Assembly: GCA_951406725.2 (NCBI GenBank) | Contig: OX597815.1 | Coordinates: 198,462,001-198,526,000 of the forward strand | Length of the DNA stretch: 64,000 nucleotides | Source: Octopus vulgaris | Lineage: Eukaryota | Reading direction: 5' to 3' | In this document: positions 50,211-63,219 of the stretch, piece by piece | How positions within the stretch are numbered: position 1 is the stretch's first letter | Layout of the letters: each line of letters opens with the position of its first letter | Program-made: the position numbers and the translations under genes | Notes under the pieces: generated by a model | Told to the model about the DNA's origin: nothing | What the model saw: the letters and a program-made list of their open reading frames with translations, nothing else | The model's database searches: none

Positions 50211-51252
50211 TTACCCTTTGTTTTTAGTTTTTGATTAAAACCATTTTTTTTGTGTCCACTATGAATACTAGGCATCGCCTATACGTATCGCATTTTGACG
50301 TGTCAGCGTAATGTAGGAGTGAGCTTGGCGTGTGTCTATGTGTGCAGGGGATGGGTGGAGGCTGCGTGTATAAATTATCTGTGTCACATCTACTATTTCC
50401 AACGTTTTATCAATGCACGGAATTATTTTAACGCCGAGTAATATCTGAGCGTTAAATAGGATTTGAAGCTACAAGCATGACGGAATAATTCCGGATTGTT
50501 TGTTTGCGGTTTGTTTACATTCTCATTCTCATTCTCAGCTTCATACCGTATTCAACTATTTTGTTCATCCTAGCAACATCAGTTTATTTTTGTTTTCTTG
50601 TTCTAATTCATTTGTATTGCATTCGCTCTTTAATCCTATTGTTTTATTTTTTTTTTCTTCTTTTTCAGCTAAATCTGACCTCACTTTCTAATCGTGTATT
50701 GTGCGGTGTTGCATTACATCTAAACGCTCAACAGTCAACGAACAGCAAACGTTTTAGCTACTTAATACGAGATTTGTTTGCTTCAATGCCGTTCTCATTG
50801 TTTTCTTTTATCTTTCTGAAACACTTTCTTTTCAGCAGTTCAAAATCAGTTTAGCTAACCTATTGAATAATTGAGCACATCACCACCATGAAATCCAGCA
50901 GGTGAGGATCCTCATGAATATCTATTACACGCATCCTTTGTATTCTGCGTACTCGCATTATTTTTTTTCAAGAAAATAAATTTCTGTTGCTAAGATTTCT
51001 TGTTTCTACTGACGATTGGCAGAAACGGTAACACGTGGAATAACATGTTGGTTGTAGTGAGTAGCTGTTCTTTACACTCTGAGTTCAACTCTCTACAGGG
51101 TAATATTAAATTTTATATCTTTCTGAGTGGATGAAATAAATAACAGCCAAATAATTGAATCGTTATAATACTCTTCCTAAAATATTAATGCATGGAATTT
51201 ATGTTAAAGATGAATGTTATCCTTTGTATTGGCGGAAAAGTTTAGTAGAATC

Positions 51253-51919
51253 CAGAACAGCGTAGCACACCGGACGAAATGCTTAGCGGTATTTAGTCTG
51301 CCGCTGCGTTCTGAGTTCAAATTCTGCCGAGGTCGACTTTGCCTTTTGTACTTTCGGAGTCGATTAAATTAGTACTAGTTACGTACTGTGGTCGATATAA
51401 TCGACTTAATCCGTTTGTCTGTCCTTGTTTTTCCTCTCTGTATTTAGCCCCTTATGGGCAATAAAGAAATAGGTATTTCGTCTGCCGTTACCTTCCGAGT
51501 TAAAAATCCGCCAAGGTCGACTTTGCCTTTGTGGGTAGTAAAGAAACAGGATTCTCATCTGTCTTTATGTTCTGAGTTCAAATTCCGCCGAGGTCGACTT
51601 TGCCTTTTATACATTTAGGGTCGATTAAATTAGTACTAGTTACATACTGGGGTCGATATAATCGACTTAATCCGTTTGTCTGTCCTTGTTTGTCCTCTCT
51701 GTGTTTTTTGCCCCTTGTGGGTAGTAAAGAAACAGGTATCTCATCTGTCTTTACGTTCTGAGTTCAAATTCCGCCGAGGTCGACTTTGCCTTTCATCCTT
51801 TCGAAGTCAATAAATTAAGTACCAGTTACGCACTGGGGTCCATGTAATCGACTTAATCCCTTTGTCTGTTCTTGTTTGTCCCCTCTATGTTTAGCCCGTT
51901 GTTTGCAATAAAGAAATAA
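51253..51919 (+). mobile_element. Meta-type SINE tetramer (second unit internally deleted)
   Basis: Body units start at 51288, 51472, ~51549 and 51735. Confidence 0.85.
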
Positions 51920-51989
51920 GAAGAGCGTGTTTTCAGTGTTTAGTTGCAGCACTACATTTGCTGTGCTGAAAAGACCCAAGGATAAACTT

Positions 51990-52560
51990 TATGCTTTTCC
52001 ATGGTCGATCGCTAAAATACTTCCCAACTAAAGCGCAAAATTGCGAGCCTTTACCCGGTTGTCAAACAGCAACCATACGGTTGCATGTTTGACACCGTGA
52101 GATATGTATTTCACAGAGGACAAATAGTCTTTCAGCTCATTTTCTATAACTGGTTTGGGGAAGACGGTGATGGAACCAAGGACTTTAGAATAAGTTCTAA
52201 CCGCCACCGTTCTCTCCTCCATATCGTTTAACCACTGCTTCGGTGGGACAATCTCTTACACAACAATCTTATCCGTATTTCTTTTGCCATGTCCAAAGCA
52301 ATAGTTCACAAAAAAGGAAAGAGAAAATTCAAAAGAAAACAAAAGGGAAGAAGAAATAAATAAAAAGCAAACAGTTCAAGAAAAAGTCACAACAGAAGAA
52401 GAAAATAATAGTTCAAAAAAAGAAAACTCAGCATTCATGTACTCCAAACTCTGGGCATTCATGTACTCCAAGCCCTTATGGTACTCCAATTAGAGCCTGG
52501 ACTGCTCCACTTGAATACAGCTTTCCAACACAGTCGTAAAATACACACTATTTAAAAACA
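51990..52560 (-). pseudogene. L1/Tx1-type ORF1 (gag-like) 5' fragment with 5' UTR
   Basis: ORF 52028-52222 (EERTVAVRTYSKVLGSITVF..KYISHGVKHATVWLLFD) is clearly homologous to ORF 54073-54414. GGAGTAC repeats lie upstream. Confidence 0.6.
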
Positions 52561-52780
52561 GCGAACGACCTTTGGTGGCAGGATGCGTCACCAAACTATA
52601 TTTCTCACAATGAGAAAATAATTTTCACTTCATGTGAACACTTGAAATACAATTTTCTAATAATGGTGAATGTTGTTGTTGTAAAAATAAAGTATTTGAA
52701 GGATACGTCCACCAGACAATGAGAAAAAAATCTTCATTTACTATGGACCATATTGCTGAACCACAAGTAGATCAGCATCC

Positions 52781-52852
52781 TCCTGAATCCAGTGAGGATT
52801 CCCTGTTTGTAAAATATATAAGCACAGACAAGGACCCTCACTGGGTCCAAGA
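52781..52852 (+). ncRNA. Candidate pre-miRNA-like hairpin
   Basis: 5' arm 52789-52810 CCAGTGAGGATTCCCTGTTTGT pairs with 52824-52844 ACAGACAAGGACCCTCACTGG (19 pairs, 2 of them G-U). 13-nt loop and an imperfect basal extension. Confidence 0.3.
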
Positions 52853-53139
52853 GAAAAGCCTTACCTTGCAGCAGCTTCTTTTGGTAGGCTAAACACAGCC
52901 GTCTATCTTCTTCAGTGCACAATACAATGGCGCTTGCGCACACTGACAACAAAGACTCATGAGAAGTCTTAAAGACTCATGGGAAGCAAGCTAGTTTATT
53001 TTATCAAATTTGCCATAGAGGTACTACAAAGATGGGTAGCTTTGAACAAGTCATTGATGAGGCGAATGATAATAATACAGGATGATAAGGATGGGAGAAG
53101 ACAGAAAGCGCCCGCCGACTCTCTACTTTTCTAAAACAT

Positions 53140-54780
53140 TGTTTTTTTAAAGAGACACTTCTTGAGGTAATACCCTCTTACACAAATAACAACTATTAAT
53201 GCACATTTACACATTTCGGCACTAGGCCTATTCTTTTTCGCCTCCGACCAGGCTCCTGGCTGCCCATAGGTACTGCCCCGGATTCCGGTCGGGGTCCCAA
53301 CTCACAATTCTGTACGAGTCCTTCATAAAGGAGCCCGCCACCATTGACATGTTGGTCACCGACATGACCTTCGCAGTCAACTGCAAAGGCCAACTCCTGC
53401 TTCCTTAGGAAGCTTTCTATTGCTCCTCCCTTCAGAAACAATATGATAAACTCGTCTTTCCTCCTTCTGGGATAGGCTGCTGCTCCCTCTGTTAGTGGCA
53501 CACTTCCCACTGTCAGGGTTTAGGGCATGCTGGCAGTTGATCGTCACCTGCCAGCGATGTCCCATTCTTTTTTCTTTTTCTTCTTTTTCCTCTTCTCGAC
53601 TGGAGGGTGGAGTTCCTCCAACTTGTCCGAGAGTCCCTCCTTCCCTCCCGCCGCCTCAGAATCCATCGATGGGCAACCATTGTTGCTCACCTTCTTTCTT
53701 TTTGTTTCCTTTCGCGGGGGTTACCTCCTCTTCTACCTCTCCCACAGTTATATAATCAGGAGGCTCCGTTGGAGGAAAAACATCCTCCTCTGTTAATATT
53801 TCCAGCACGCTTGCATGGTTGATGGAGCAATTCTTCTTGATGTGGACCGATTCCAGGAACAGGTGACACTTGGGTGGGGCGTCCATCGAGTCAGCAGGTA
53901 CCTAGAACCGGCCATTAAAAAAAAATCTGGGAAAACCAGATTTCTGGTTGATTGGGTCCATAGGATCAAAATTGCTTTCGACCCCACCCAATCAGCCACA
54001 GGAAGCATTCTAACATTCAAGAGCCTGGCTCCGCTGTCACACAGACCCCGGCGGATAGTGTTCTCTACCCACTCAGGCTCTATTCAGGGTGACAGCCCAC
54101 TCACCCAGGCTTTTGCCAATTTCCTCCCACGATATGTTTGGAGAAATAAAATTTTCCCCTTTCAGGGGCTGACTAGCAAACATGCTAACCTCTTTATGGG
54201 TGTCAAACAGCAACCACACTGTTGCAAATTTGACACCCCTTGTAATATACTTGATAGTTGGCAGGTATTCTGCGAACTCACTTTCAATTTCGTCCTGAGA
54301 GAACACAGAGATGGTGTCAAGGGAGGTGGAGTATGTCCTCAACACCACCATTCTCTCATTTCGGTCCTCTATCCCCTGTTTGTTTGTTTTTTTTTGGGGG
54401 GGAGGAGGGGGCAATTTCCAACTCCAACACAGTGGTTTTCTTTGTTGCCATGATTTTAAAACAAAGAAAGCAAAAGAGTTCTACCAAAAAGTTCAAATGT
54501 TCTAAATAAAGGTTCAGTAATAAACACAAAAAAAGAACGGAAAGACAGAGCAGAGAGGAAGAACGAAGGAAGACAGTTCAATCCACGGCAACACAATTCC
54601 GCAACTCCGTAATAATACAGGTACTCCAGTCGCAAAAATAGTCCTTCCTGCCTTGGTACTCCTTGGTAATCCAGTGGAAATTCACAAACACGAAGACAAG
54701 TTTCGCACACAAATTAATTTTAGCGAAGGTGTTACGCCTCCTCAAAAACACAATTCTCACTGAAAAGTGAGTCTTTACGC
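53140..54780 (-). pseudogene. L1/Tx1-type ORF1-only retroposon remnant (RRM-like region + CCHC zinc knuckle)
   Basis: NERMVVLRTYSTSLDTISVF..KYITRGVKFATVWLLFD, followed by KCHLFLESVHIKKNC (degenerate CX2CX4HX4C) and a Lys/Glu-rich linker. The ORF is disrupted and ends at a short A-run with no ORF2. Confidence 0.65.
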
Positions 54781-57700
54781 ACAACCACAGGTAAGCAAAT
54801 ATCTGGAGCAGAGTGGAGACTGTTGTTCACCAAAGATATTAAATAAAGGGCAACAAACCCCACTAAGCACACACCCCCATACAACAAACGCATACCTGTG
54901 GTTGAGCCTCAAAGTTCAATATTTCGCGACGAAAGACGTGATTTCAAGCAGCAAGAACCCTCCTGTAGTAAAGGTAAGGAAGGTACTTACCACACAGCCA
55001 CTCCTGCACCTATACACCTTTGTGTATAAATGATAAGTTTAAGTAATGCAAATTGAATCGAGGCCTTGTATCATGGATTCTGGTAGCTAGCAGCTATTTC
55101 CTTTTGTAATTTGCACATCTGATATCCAGTGACTGGAACGAATAGGCAGGTGTAAAAAGTATTTCTCGCTTTTTATAGTTATGTCCATTAACAGATTAAC
55201 TTTCACAGTACAATTGCCAAGTACTCTAAAGATTAACTGCAGGTAATTTTACAGCTCACCTTAATATCACGTTGTAAGCAGTAATAATACGAATTCGTCA
55301 TTGTATATCGTTTACGATAGTTCGGTAACAAAAACGGCAAATGTAAATGTTGCACATTTCCAGAAGAGAAATAACAACGCATTTCACATAAACAGAATTA
55401 TAAAATAAATGTAGTTACTTCATAGAGCTAAGCTTTCGAGTCAATTTTGAAATGTTTATGTCACTAGGTATGTAAATGCAATTTATTTTTGACGTTCTAG
55501 GTTTGCAAAATGATTGTAGATGTCGTAGCTGAGAAATTGCGAAAATTAGATCCATTCACAGAAAATGTTTCATAGCCAACGTCTTTTATGTTCATGAGAA
55601 CGTTCAAAAGACATTACTACCAATTTTAAAATTACAATTCAATCTGGATTTCCGGTTGAAGCCAATTCACTTTACTTATAAAACTAACTGTCGAGCATAC
55701 TAGAATCGTTTTATCCCGCCCTCTTTATATGAAGAAACTATTATTTCAAGTTGATAATCCATACGGTCATTGATAATCAACTGCTGGATAAGTTAATGGA
55801 TGTAGGAAAATATCTCTTGTGAGGAAAAAAGAAACAATATCAATTGTAAATATAGTACTGTTGGTAGTTATTTAGTATTTTATCATTCGAACTAAGAGCG
55901 AAACTCACTATGTAAGTATCAATTCATATTAAGAGCTCAACATACCACCTAAGTACCAAATTTCTTATGAATAATACCACATGTATTTTTGCCTCTTGCA
56001 TCGTATCCTGGTCTTGGGTTGCCTATTTGTTTTAATACTTCATACTACTTACCGAGGAGCTACAGAGCAAAGATGCAAACACCTGAAAATTCTTCCTTTT
56101 AGCTTAAAACTTAATTGTGATTCTAATATCACACATTTCAGTATTTTAATGTCTTGTTTTCAAAATACTATTTCTGATAATGCCCCATTACCTTCATTCA
56201 AATCCACAAAAATCAGCCCGTAATTGAAACGGAAGCTCTCGTAATCTTCTTCGTGTAGCTGATAAGAGGATTGGAAATTCGAAATCTTAGGTAACAAAAC
56301 GTTTCTGAGATATTTGCGTATATTTTTCGTTACAGAAGCGTAAGATTACTTTGTATATTTATAATCCTAGTATATATTGAGATAGGAAATATAATTTTAA
56401 ACATACTAGCCATGCACACGTTGTAGCGCCACTCATCTCATGTGTACTATTTAGCAATATTGACACCTACATCGACATTCCGTCAAGATGGTCAGCTGTA
56501 ACAGTTGATTATTATTTAGTGATATATTTAGGTGTTTTTGTAAGAAGTTAGTAATGTGTCCGACATCCAATCAAAATCCAAAACAAAAAAAAGTAAAAAC
56601 AAATAAAAATTAATATCTTCAACTCTTCTCCAATGCCATCAATAAATACACGACTGAACTTCAGCTGCAAATAAAGTTAGGCAGCCAAAATTTCCATCAT
56701 TTCCTTCAGCCATCTTAAATGATAAATATCTCATTATTTTACTGTTCTGTTCCGTGTTAGAACTTCATTTTCGACATCATTTTCAGAAGACTCTATTCAC
56801 AAAGTTTTAATTGACTGAGATTTTTCGGAAATTTTTAGAAGCTACACGCTAATTAAGTATTTCCTATATTGATCTTGCTAATGGCTGCCTTTGTATGTGT
56901 GCTCATTCTTGGAATCACATCTATTAAAACCGAAGGCTAATAACTAACCGTTTGAAATTCCAAAGTTATACTTTACCGTTTCTCTCCAAAATTGAATAAA
57001 GAAAATAAATGTTTTTGAATTACTCTAGTTTCTATTCAATAATTCACAGATGGCGCTAATTTTCTGTTTATAACTACGTTAACCATTTAAAACAAGCTTA
57101 CACAAGAATAGATTTTATCACAATAATAAAATTAGCCAAGTAGACCTTGAATAGTATCAGTTACTTTTCTATTCGTCTTTATTCTTATTTGTGTATATTT
57201 ATTTATATATTTATTTCGACAATTTCAAACGAGACAAAAAAGGAAATTACTCGTCTCTGTATTGATTAGTTTGAGTGATCGACCAACTGTCGTTGTTCAG
57301 CATCTGTTGAAAGAATCAGTTGTTTTGTATCATTGTCTACTTGTTCAATATCTTTGTTAGATCTACGTCATTTTTTCTTTTTCTCTATTTTTACATATTT
57401 AGAATGATTTCCTTTTTCTTTGCAGTCTTGGGCGCCATCTTTAATGAGTCGATTCCGTCTAGAACAGGACAAAAAGAAAAGAGAGATTGAGATGGAAATA
57501 TTTTCATTTACTTTTATATTATAGGCAGCAATTGATTTACAGGTAGTGATGCATTTTTTTTCTAATCTTTAAGTAGTGTCTTTGTCGTTTACCCATTAAG
57601 TTCATAGGGCTAATTTGATAAGTGGTTTATACGGTTATTGATAATAAGGTCGCAAACTTTTGGCTCTCTTGATACACTGAAAGAGAATAAGAAATGTTCT

Positions 57701-59839
57701 CATCTTCAACATTGCAGTGAAAACATACGAGCTTGCTGCCGGGACTTATTTCTTTATCCTGTGTATAAATAGTACATGGTTTAGAATACACGTTCCCATC
57801 CTTCGGATAACGGAATTTTATTTTGTTATATATATTTCAGAATATCCGTATAAGTTATTCGCAGCAGCTCCGTTGATACAATGTATACGACAACCCATGT
57901 TGTAAAGGATTCTTATCAGCTCTGTGTAGTGTCCTTTTGAACGGTATTTAATTCTTGATTATCCTGAATATATTTGTTATAAGAATTATCAAGTAAAAGT
58001 CAAAAACGAAATTACTTCTCTATTGATTAGTTGCCGTTTCGACTCATTGTCATTGTTCAATATCTATTGAGGGAATCATTTATGCTGTATCAACGTCTGA
58101 TAAAAATCGTTGCCAGTAATCTTTTGTTTATCGTTTCCCATATACATATGTTCGTTTTTCTTTTATATACTTTAGCTCTATACTGTTTAGTATTCACGAT
58201 TATACAACGAGTAAGGGAAAAGCCTCGGTGGGTTTGAAGTTCTGAGCTCAAGTGCATTTATAAATATGACGAAAACAAAAGTAAAACATTATGGTGTCTC
58301 CACTCTTAAATTATTAATTGGATATTAAGTCTCAATGGTGTCACATTTATATTCACGAAGAGATGGAGGAAAATACATCTTTCACAAAATAGCTTGCGTC
58401 AGCGTGTCTACTAGTAAAGTTGAATGCGATAGTTATAACATAAGTTTTTGGCCTGATATGAATGATTTACCCATGAATGATTTAATATTACAATATTAAA
58501 TGGGATTTCAATATTTACCATTAACTCCGCCAGGAAATTCATAATAAAAATCATGCAGTGTTGATTGAATCTTTCATTCTTACGAAGCTGATACAGAGAT
58601 ACCAGCAATTTAGTCAAACATATTCAATCATCTTTATCACATCTCCTTGACAGAACTTGGAATTGTGCGCACATATAAGATTAATATAAGTGAACTCTTA
58701 GAAAGAACAGGTTATGGATATAATATATCTCATCAGAAACACCGTTACTATACAGCGGAAAATTTAATCTAATATTTTATTTGTGTTTTCTTATGGACAG
58801 TATAGAAGTAGTTATTTGGTTTTGAACATGCCCCATTTGTTTCGCTCCGAGCGAAATATGTTTACCATTGCTTCAACACCCCTGCATTATATTACCATTA
58901 TTACCAACGTCATTCTGAGACGCCACCATCACATCTAGTAACGTACATAGAGGAACCAGAAGCAATATTAGCTAAAATTCATACATATCAACAGAAATGT
59001 GATTTATCTTTCAGCTCAGCTATTCCTCTGACTATGCTTTCATCTCGTCTACATATCGATTTCTCATATTTTACAATAATGTTTGTTTACCTTTCATCTG
59101 TAATATATTTATTTATACAACAATCCCTCTTTGTTGTGTCTCTGTTTGCCTATCATTTATACATTCTATATTTATGCAACAATTCCATTATTTCCTATCA
59201 ACTTTCTATAAATAACTGAGAATAGGTTTGACGAAAGTAGAAAAAGAAGTATTATGCATATGAAATCCCATTTCCCCGCATGAATCTAGATGCATATTAT
59301 TAATGTTGCTATGTTCACTAGAAACCTGAGGTCATTTCGTTGGCGTACGCTACTTCAGAACAGCTAAATCATCAGTATTTCATATATTTAGCTTCGCTAG
59401 AATTAAAATATTACTTATGCAATTAAAGACTCATTAATTAATGTATGAAGTGAGTTTATTCAAAGTACTTATTTGTATATATTGTATTTTTAGTAGACAC
59501 AAGGGCAATTTTGGTACAGAACCAGTATAAACAATCGATTTGACATCAGTAATATCAATTATGTATATTAAAATGTGCTAGTAATTTATTTAATGAAGAG
59601 TGAATTAGTAATCACCAAACTATTTCTAGATAACGATTCCAAGATAACATGTTTCAACCATTGCAAAACCATGCATGCTCCAAGCACTTGTAAAATTATT
59701 CTGATTACGTAAACTACTTTTCTTAACGCAATGACATAACGCAATACACATAGTTGCCTTTCATTACGCAAAGAAAGAACATATCTACATATAACAAGCA
59801 GAAATAAGACATTGGTTTCTAATACGGGTAAAAAGCAGT

Positions 59840-60231
59840 GGTGGTGGAAGCACTCCGTCGGTTACGACGATGAGTGTTCCGGTTGATCCGAATCAACGGA
59901 ACAGCCTGCTCGTGAAATTAACGTGTAAGTGGCTGAGCACTCCACAGACACGTGCACCCTTAACGTAGTTCTCGGGGATATTCAGCGTGACACAGAGAGT
60001 GACAAGGCCGGCCCCTTTGAGATACAGGTACAACAGAAACAGGAAGTAAGAGTGAGAGAAAGTTGTGGTGAAAGAGTACAGCAGGGATCACCACCATCCC
60101 CTGCCGGAGCCTCGTGGAGCTTTTAGGTGTTTTCGCTCAATAAACATTCACAACGCCCGGTCTGGGAATCGAAAGCGCGATCCTATGTCCGCGAGTCCGC
60201 TGCCCTAACCACTGGGCCATTGCGCCTCCAC
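59840..60231 (-). mobile_element. Full-length tRNA(Arg)-related SINE (OR1-like) with 10-bp TSD
   Basis: Head as in 41214 and tail as in 31631. TSD AAAAAGCAGT at 59830-59839 and 60232-60241. (CCA)n 3' end. Confidence 0.9.
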
Positions 60232-60533
60232 AAAAAGCAGTAAAGAAAAGTGAAAGAGAGGCTTTTTATTAGCGCAGAATGTAAAATAAATACAAAGACG
60301 ACCTGGACGCAATTAGAAGTCAAAACGTAAATAGACCCCACAAAGAAACTGTAATGCATTTAATCTTACTTTCTACCCATTGCACTAATGCGTCGTCTTC
60401 CATGCAAAATGCTTAAAACGTATCAGAAGTGGCAGACAGAACATAAATATCAAATGTATACAGTTCTATATTTAAGAGATAAGGAATTATGTACGTTATT
60501 TACATTTGACGGGTATTTGGCATCTTGTTTGTT

Positions 60534-60584
60534 AACGCAACTGTTCGGCTGATATAACCCCCCCTCCAGCCTTCATCAGGTGTA
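60534..60584 (-). ncRNA. Degenerate minimal hammerhead motif, left arm
   Basis: Minus strand: TACAC-CTGATGA-A-GGCTG..CAGCC-GAACAG-TT-GCGTT. GAAAC is mutated. Confidence 0.5.
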
Positions 60585-60633
60585 TTTGGGAAACTTTCGA
60601 ACATGGGTATTTTTCGATGTTATTATTATTATT

Positions 60634-60703
60634 CCACTGCCTGTAATCGAACTCAGAATCTTGGGTTAGTAGCCCACGCTCTTAACCACTATGCCATATG
60701 CCC
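60634..60703 (-). other. tRNA-like Pol III promoter segment (SINE head or tRNA pseudogene)
   Basis: Minus strand GGGCATATGGCATAGTGGTTAAGAGCGTGGGCTACTAACCCAAGATTCTGAGTTCGATTAC contains A and B boxes but has no intact acceptor stem. Confidence 0.65.
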
Positions 60704-60801
60704 GTGGACAATTATGGAGTGAATTTTACGACTTGCAAATCTAATATTTACCTATCTTTCCTAAATAACAACAATAAGAACCAGGTTCGAAATTTGCCCA
60801 A

Positions 60802-60847
60802 GACACCAGATGAAGGCTGGAGAGTATATCAACCGAAATGTTGTGTT
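60802..60847 (+). ncRNA. Degenerate minimal hammerhead motif, right arm
   Basis: GACAC-CAGATGA-A-GGCTG..CAACC-GAAA-TG-TT-GTGTT. The consensus of the two arms gives an intact CTGATGA..GAAA motif. Confidence 0.5.
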
Positions 60848-61139
60848 AACAACAACCAAGATGAAGACAAATATCCGTCAAATGTAAATAATGTAAATAA
60901 TATCAATATTATAACCTAAAAGAGCACATAAAGACATAATTAGCAACATGCATGCAGTCGGCTAATAGCAACTCAGTTATTGACACACTCCACATCTGGG
61001 CAACAAGCGCATTGCCTCCTTACTCTGAGTTGAATGGTGTTATGTTCCTACTACTCAGGCATAAACCTGACCTATTCGTTTCTCCTCACTGAGTGTATGA
61101 AAAGAAGGCTTCAGAGAAAGCTACATATGGTTGTAGAGA

Positions 61140-61650
61140 TCAAATTGTTATATCGTATACGCTCGTGTTTCTTTTTTATTATATGAACCTTTTACCACAT
61201 ATAATGTAAAAAAGTGACTGCGTTTTCAGATATACCAATCCATACAAACTAGAGATAAAACAAACGACTGCATAATAATGTCAAATGTTATGAAACTGTA
61301 TGTTCATTCTATGTTTTAAAATTTCATGACAGTAACATAATTTCTATCTTCCCAAACTTCCTCCAAGGGCATATCACCAAAAATCTCAAACAGTTCTACG
61401 AACATAGGCTTTTAATGTAGCCTTCACTTGGTTACAGAATTCAAATTGTTACGCGGAATAGTGTGGCGTTTTTATGGCATGAGCCCTTTAGAGCATATAA
61501 TATAAAAAGTGACTACGTTTTCAGATATACCAATAAAAAAACAAGCTAGTGAGAACAAAACCAATCGACAGCATAGTTATTTCATAAACCATGAAACGGT
61601 ATGTTCATTCCATGTTTAAAAATTTCTTTACGCTAACCTAATTCCTAGTG
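61140..61650. repeat. Diverged ~300-bp tandem duplication
   Basis: CAAATTGTTA at 61141 and 61442. AAAAGTGACT.CGTTTTCAGATATACCAAT occurs twice. Confidence 0.7.
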
Positions 61651-63126
61651 TATGAATGCCCGATACTGTCCAACCTGTAGATATATTCTTCATTGACAAA
61701 GTCTGTGCACCCAGAGGTAATATATATAGTATTTGTCTCTTCTTTACCTCCACATAGTCTGAAATTGCTCATGTATTCTACATTGTTACAGCATCGTGCT
61801 GCTTTTGGGGTTTGAATTTGTTTCGCACCCTGTGTCCTCTTGTCTCAATTTTAAAATCTGAGCTTCTAACTAGTGTTCAAATTTTCTGTTTTTCTCTACC
61901 TTCTCATTTCTTGTATTGTGCATGTAAGTATTTTTGTTCCAAGATCTTTTATTATAGCATTCCATAGACACATTCTTTAGCTCAGATATAAGTTTTGATT
62001 AAAATTTATATCGTTTCTCTTTTCTTTTTATATATTTACAAAGTGTGTTTCATTATATATTCCTTTTATATTTATCAACATCTTTAAAGACAAGACATTT
62101 ATTTGGGTTTCTTTTTTACGTTGGTTCTGTTTGTAGCTAGTCATGGCAGTTTTCGATTAGGCTTTATGCGATATTTTTGAATATCACACTGAATATAACG
62201 TCTCTAACTGCATGTGTTTATGGTACATATATTTCGGACAGCTTATTGGAGTGTATTCTAAATGCAGTCATTAATTTTCTTGTTTTTAATCTGTCTAGAC
62301 TTGCGAATCGATTTTGCGTTCACTTGAGAATATTTTAACTATAACTTATTAGAGTAACAGTTAGAGTATTGATGCCTATTTAAAACGAAGCTCCACAGTC
62401 TACCAACATGTAAGGAATCACGTTCCAAAGAATGCAAAGTATATAGTCTTTGAACTATGACCCCCGACAGCTATAGGTTTCATTTTCAGAGTTTGAAACA
62501 ATTGTGAACTAAAGATTGAATATAAAGATATTCTTGGTCTGTTAGTGTCTGCTCAACGAGATCAACACATCTTACATCACCGTAGTAAATACCAGCGAAA
62601 ACAAATTTTCAAACAAGTTATCAATCGAAGTTTTCTTACTCGTCTACGATGTTAATCCGTTTTGCATATGGAGGCTGCGTTATTCAGGAAACGAAAACTA
62701 GATTTCCAGATAAGAACGTTCCTTTTGGTCAAAGACTGTGTCAATGGTTCTAGACCCGATTGGCAATATTCTGTACATGTTATAATATTAATCTTGATTT
62801 GATAAGGCGCAAATAATGTTGCAACAATCGAAAAATGCCTTTAAAGCAAACAAGTAATCACTTGAATCTGTGCAACAACTAGCTGTCTGAAGTATTGTAT
62901 CGTGGTCCACTTTCACATCTTGGATTCGATCCTGTCGAAACCTTTCGATAAGGCTTCTGCATCAGTCATAACTAGTAATTCTAATCGTTATGGTGAGAAA
63001 CGTAAAGGTTAACATGGACTTACCTCAAAAGATTTTAGAAATACTAACAACTATTATACATGTTTGAAGTGTAAATATATCAGGTTAGTGCAAACAAGTA
63101 GTGTGCCATATTCCTGGATCATGTTA

Positions 63127-63201
<75 letters not shown>

Positions 63202-63219
63202 TCTGTGTGTGTGTGTGTA

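Larger units (their letters stand above)
60420..60902. mobile_element. PLE-type element: two divergent HHR-bearing inverted arms around a tRNA-like segment
   Basis: Arms at ~60485-60605 and ~60780-60902. Confidence 0.75.

Noticed and set aside
62150-62560. Possible very decayed GIY-YIG endonuclease remnant (..SSTVYQHVRNH..)
   Set aside because: Only a few residues are suggestive, which is not distinguishable from chance without a profile search.
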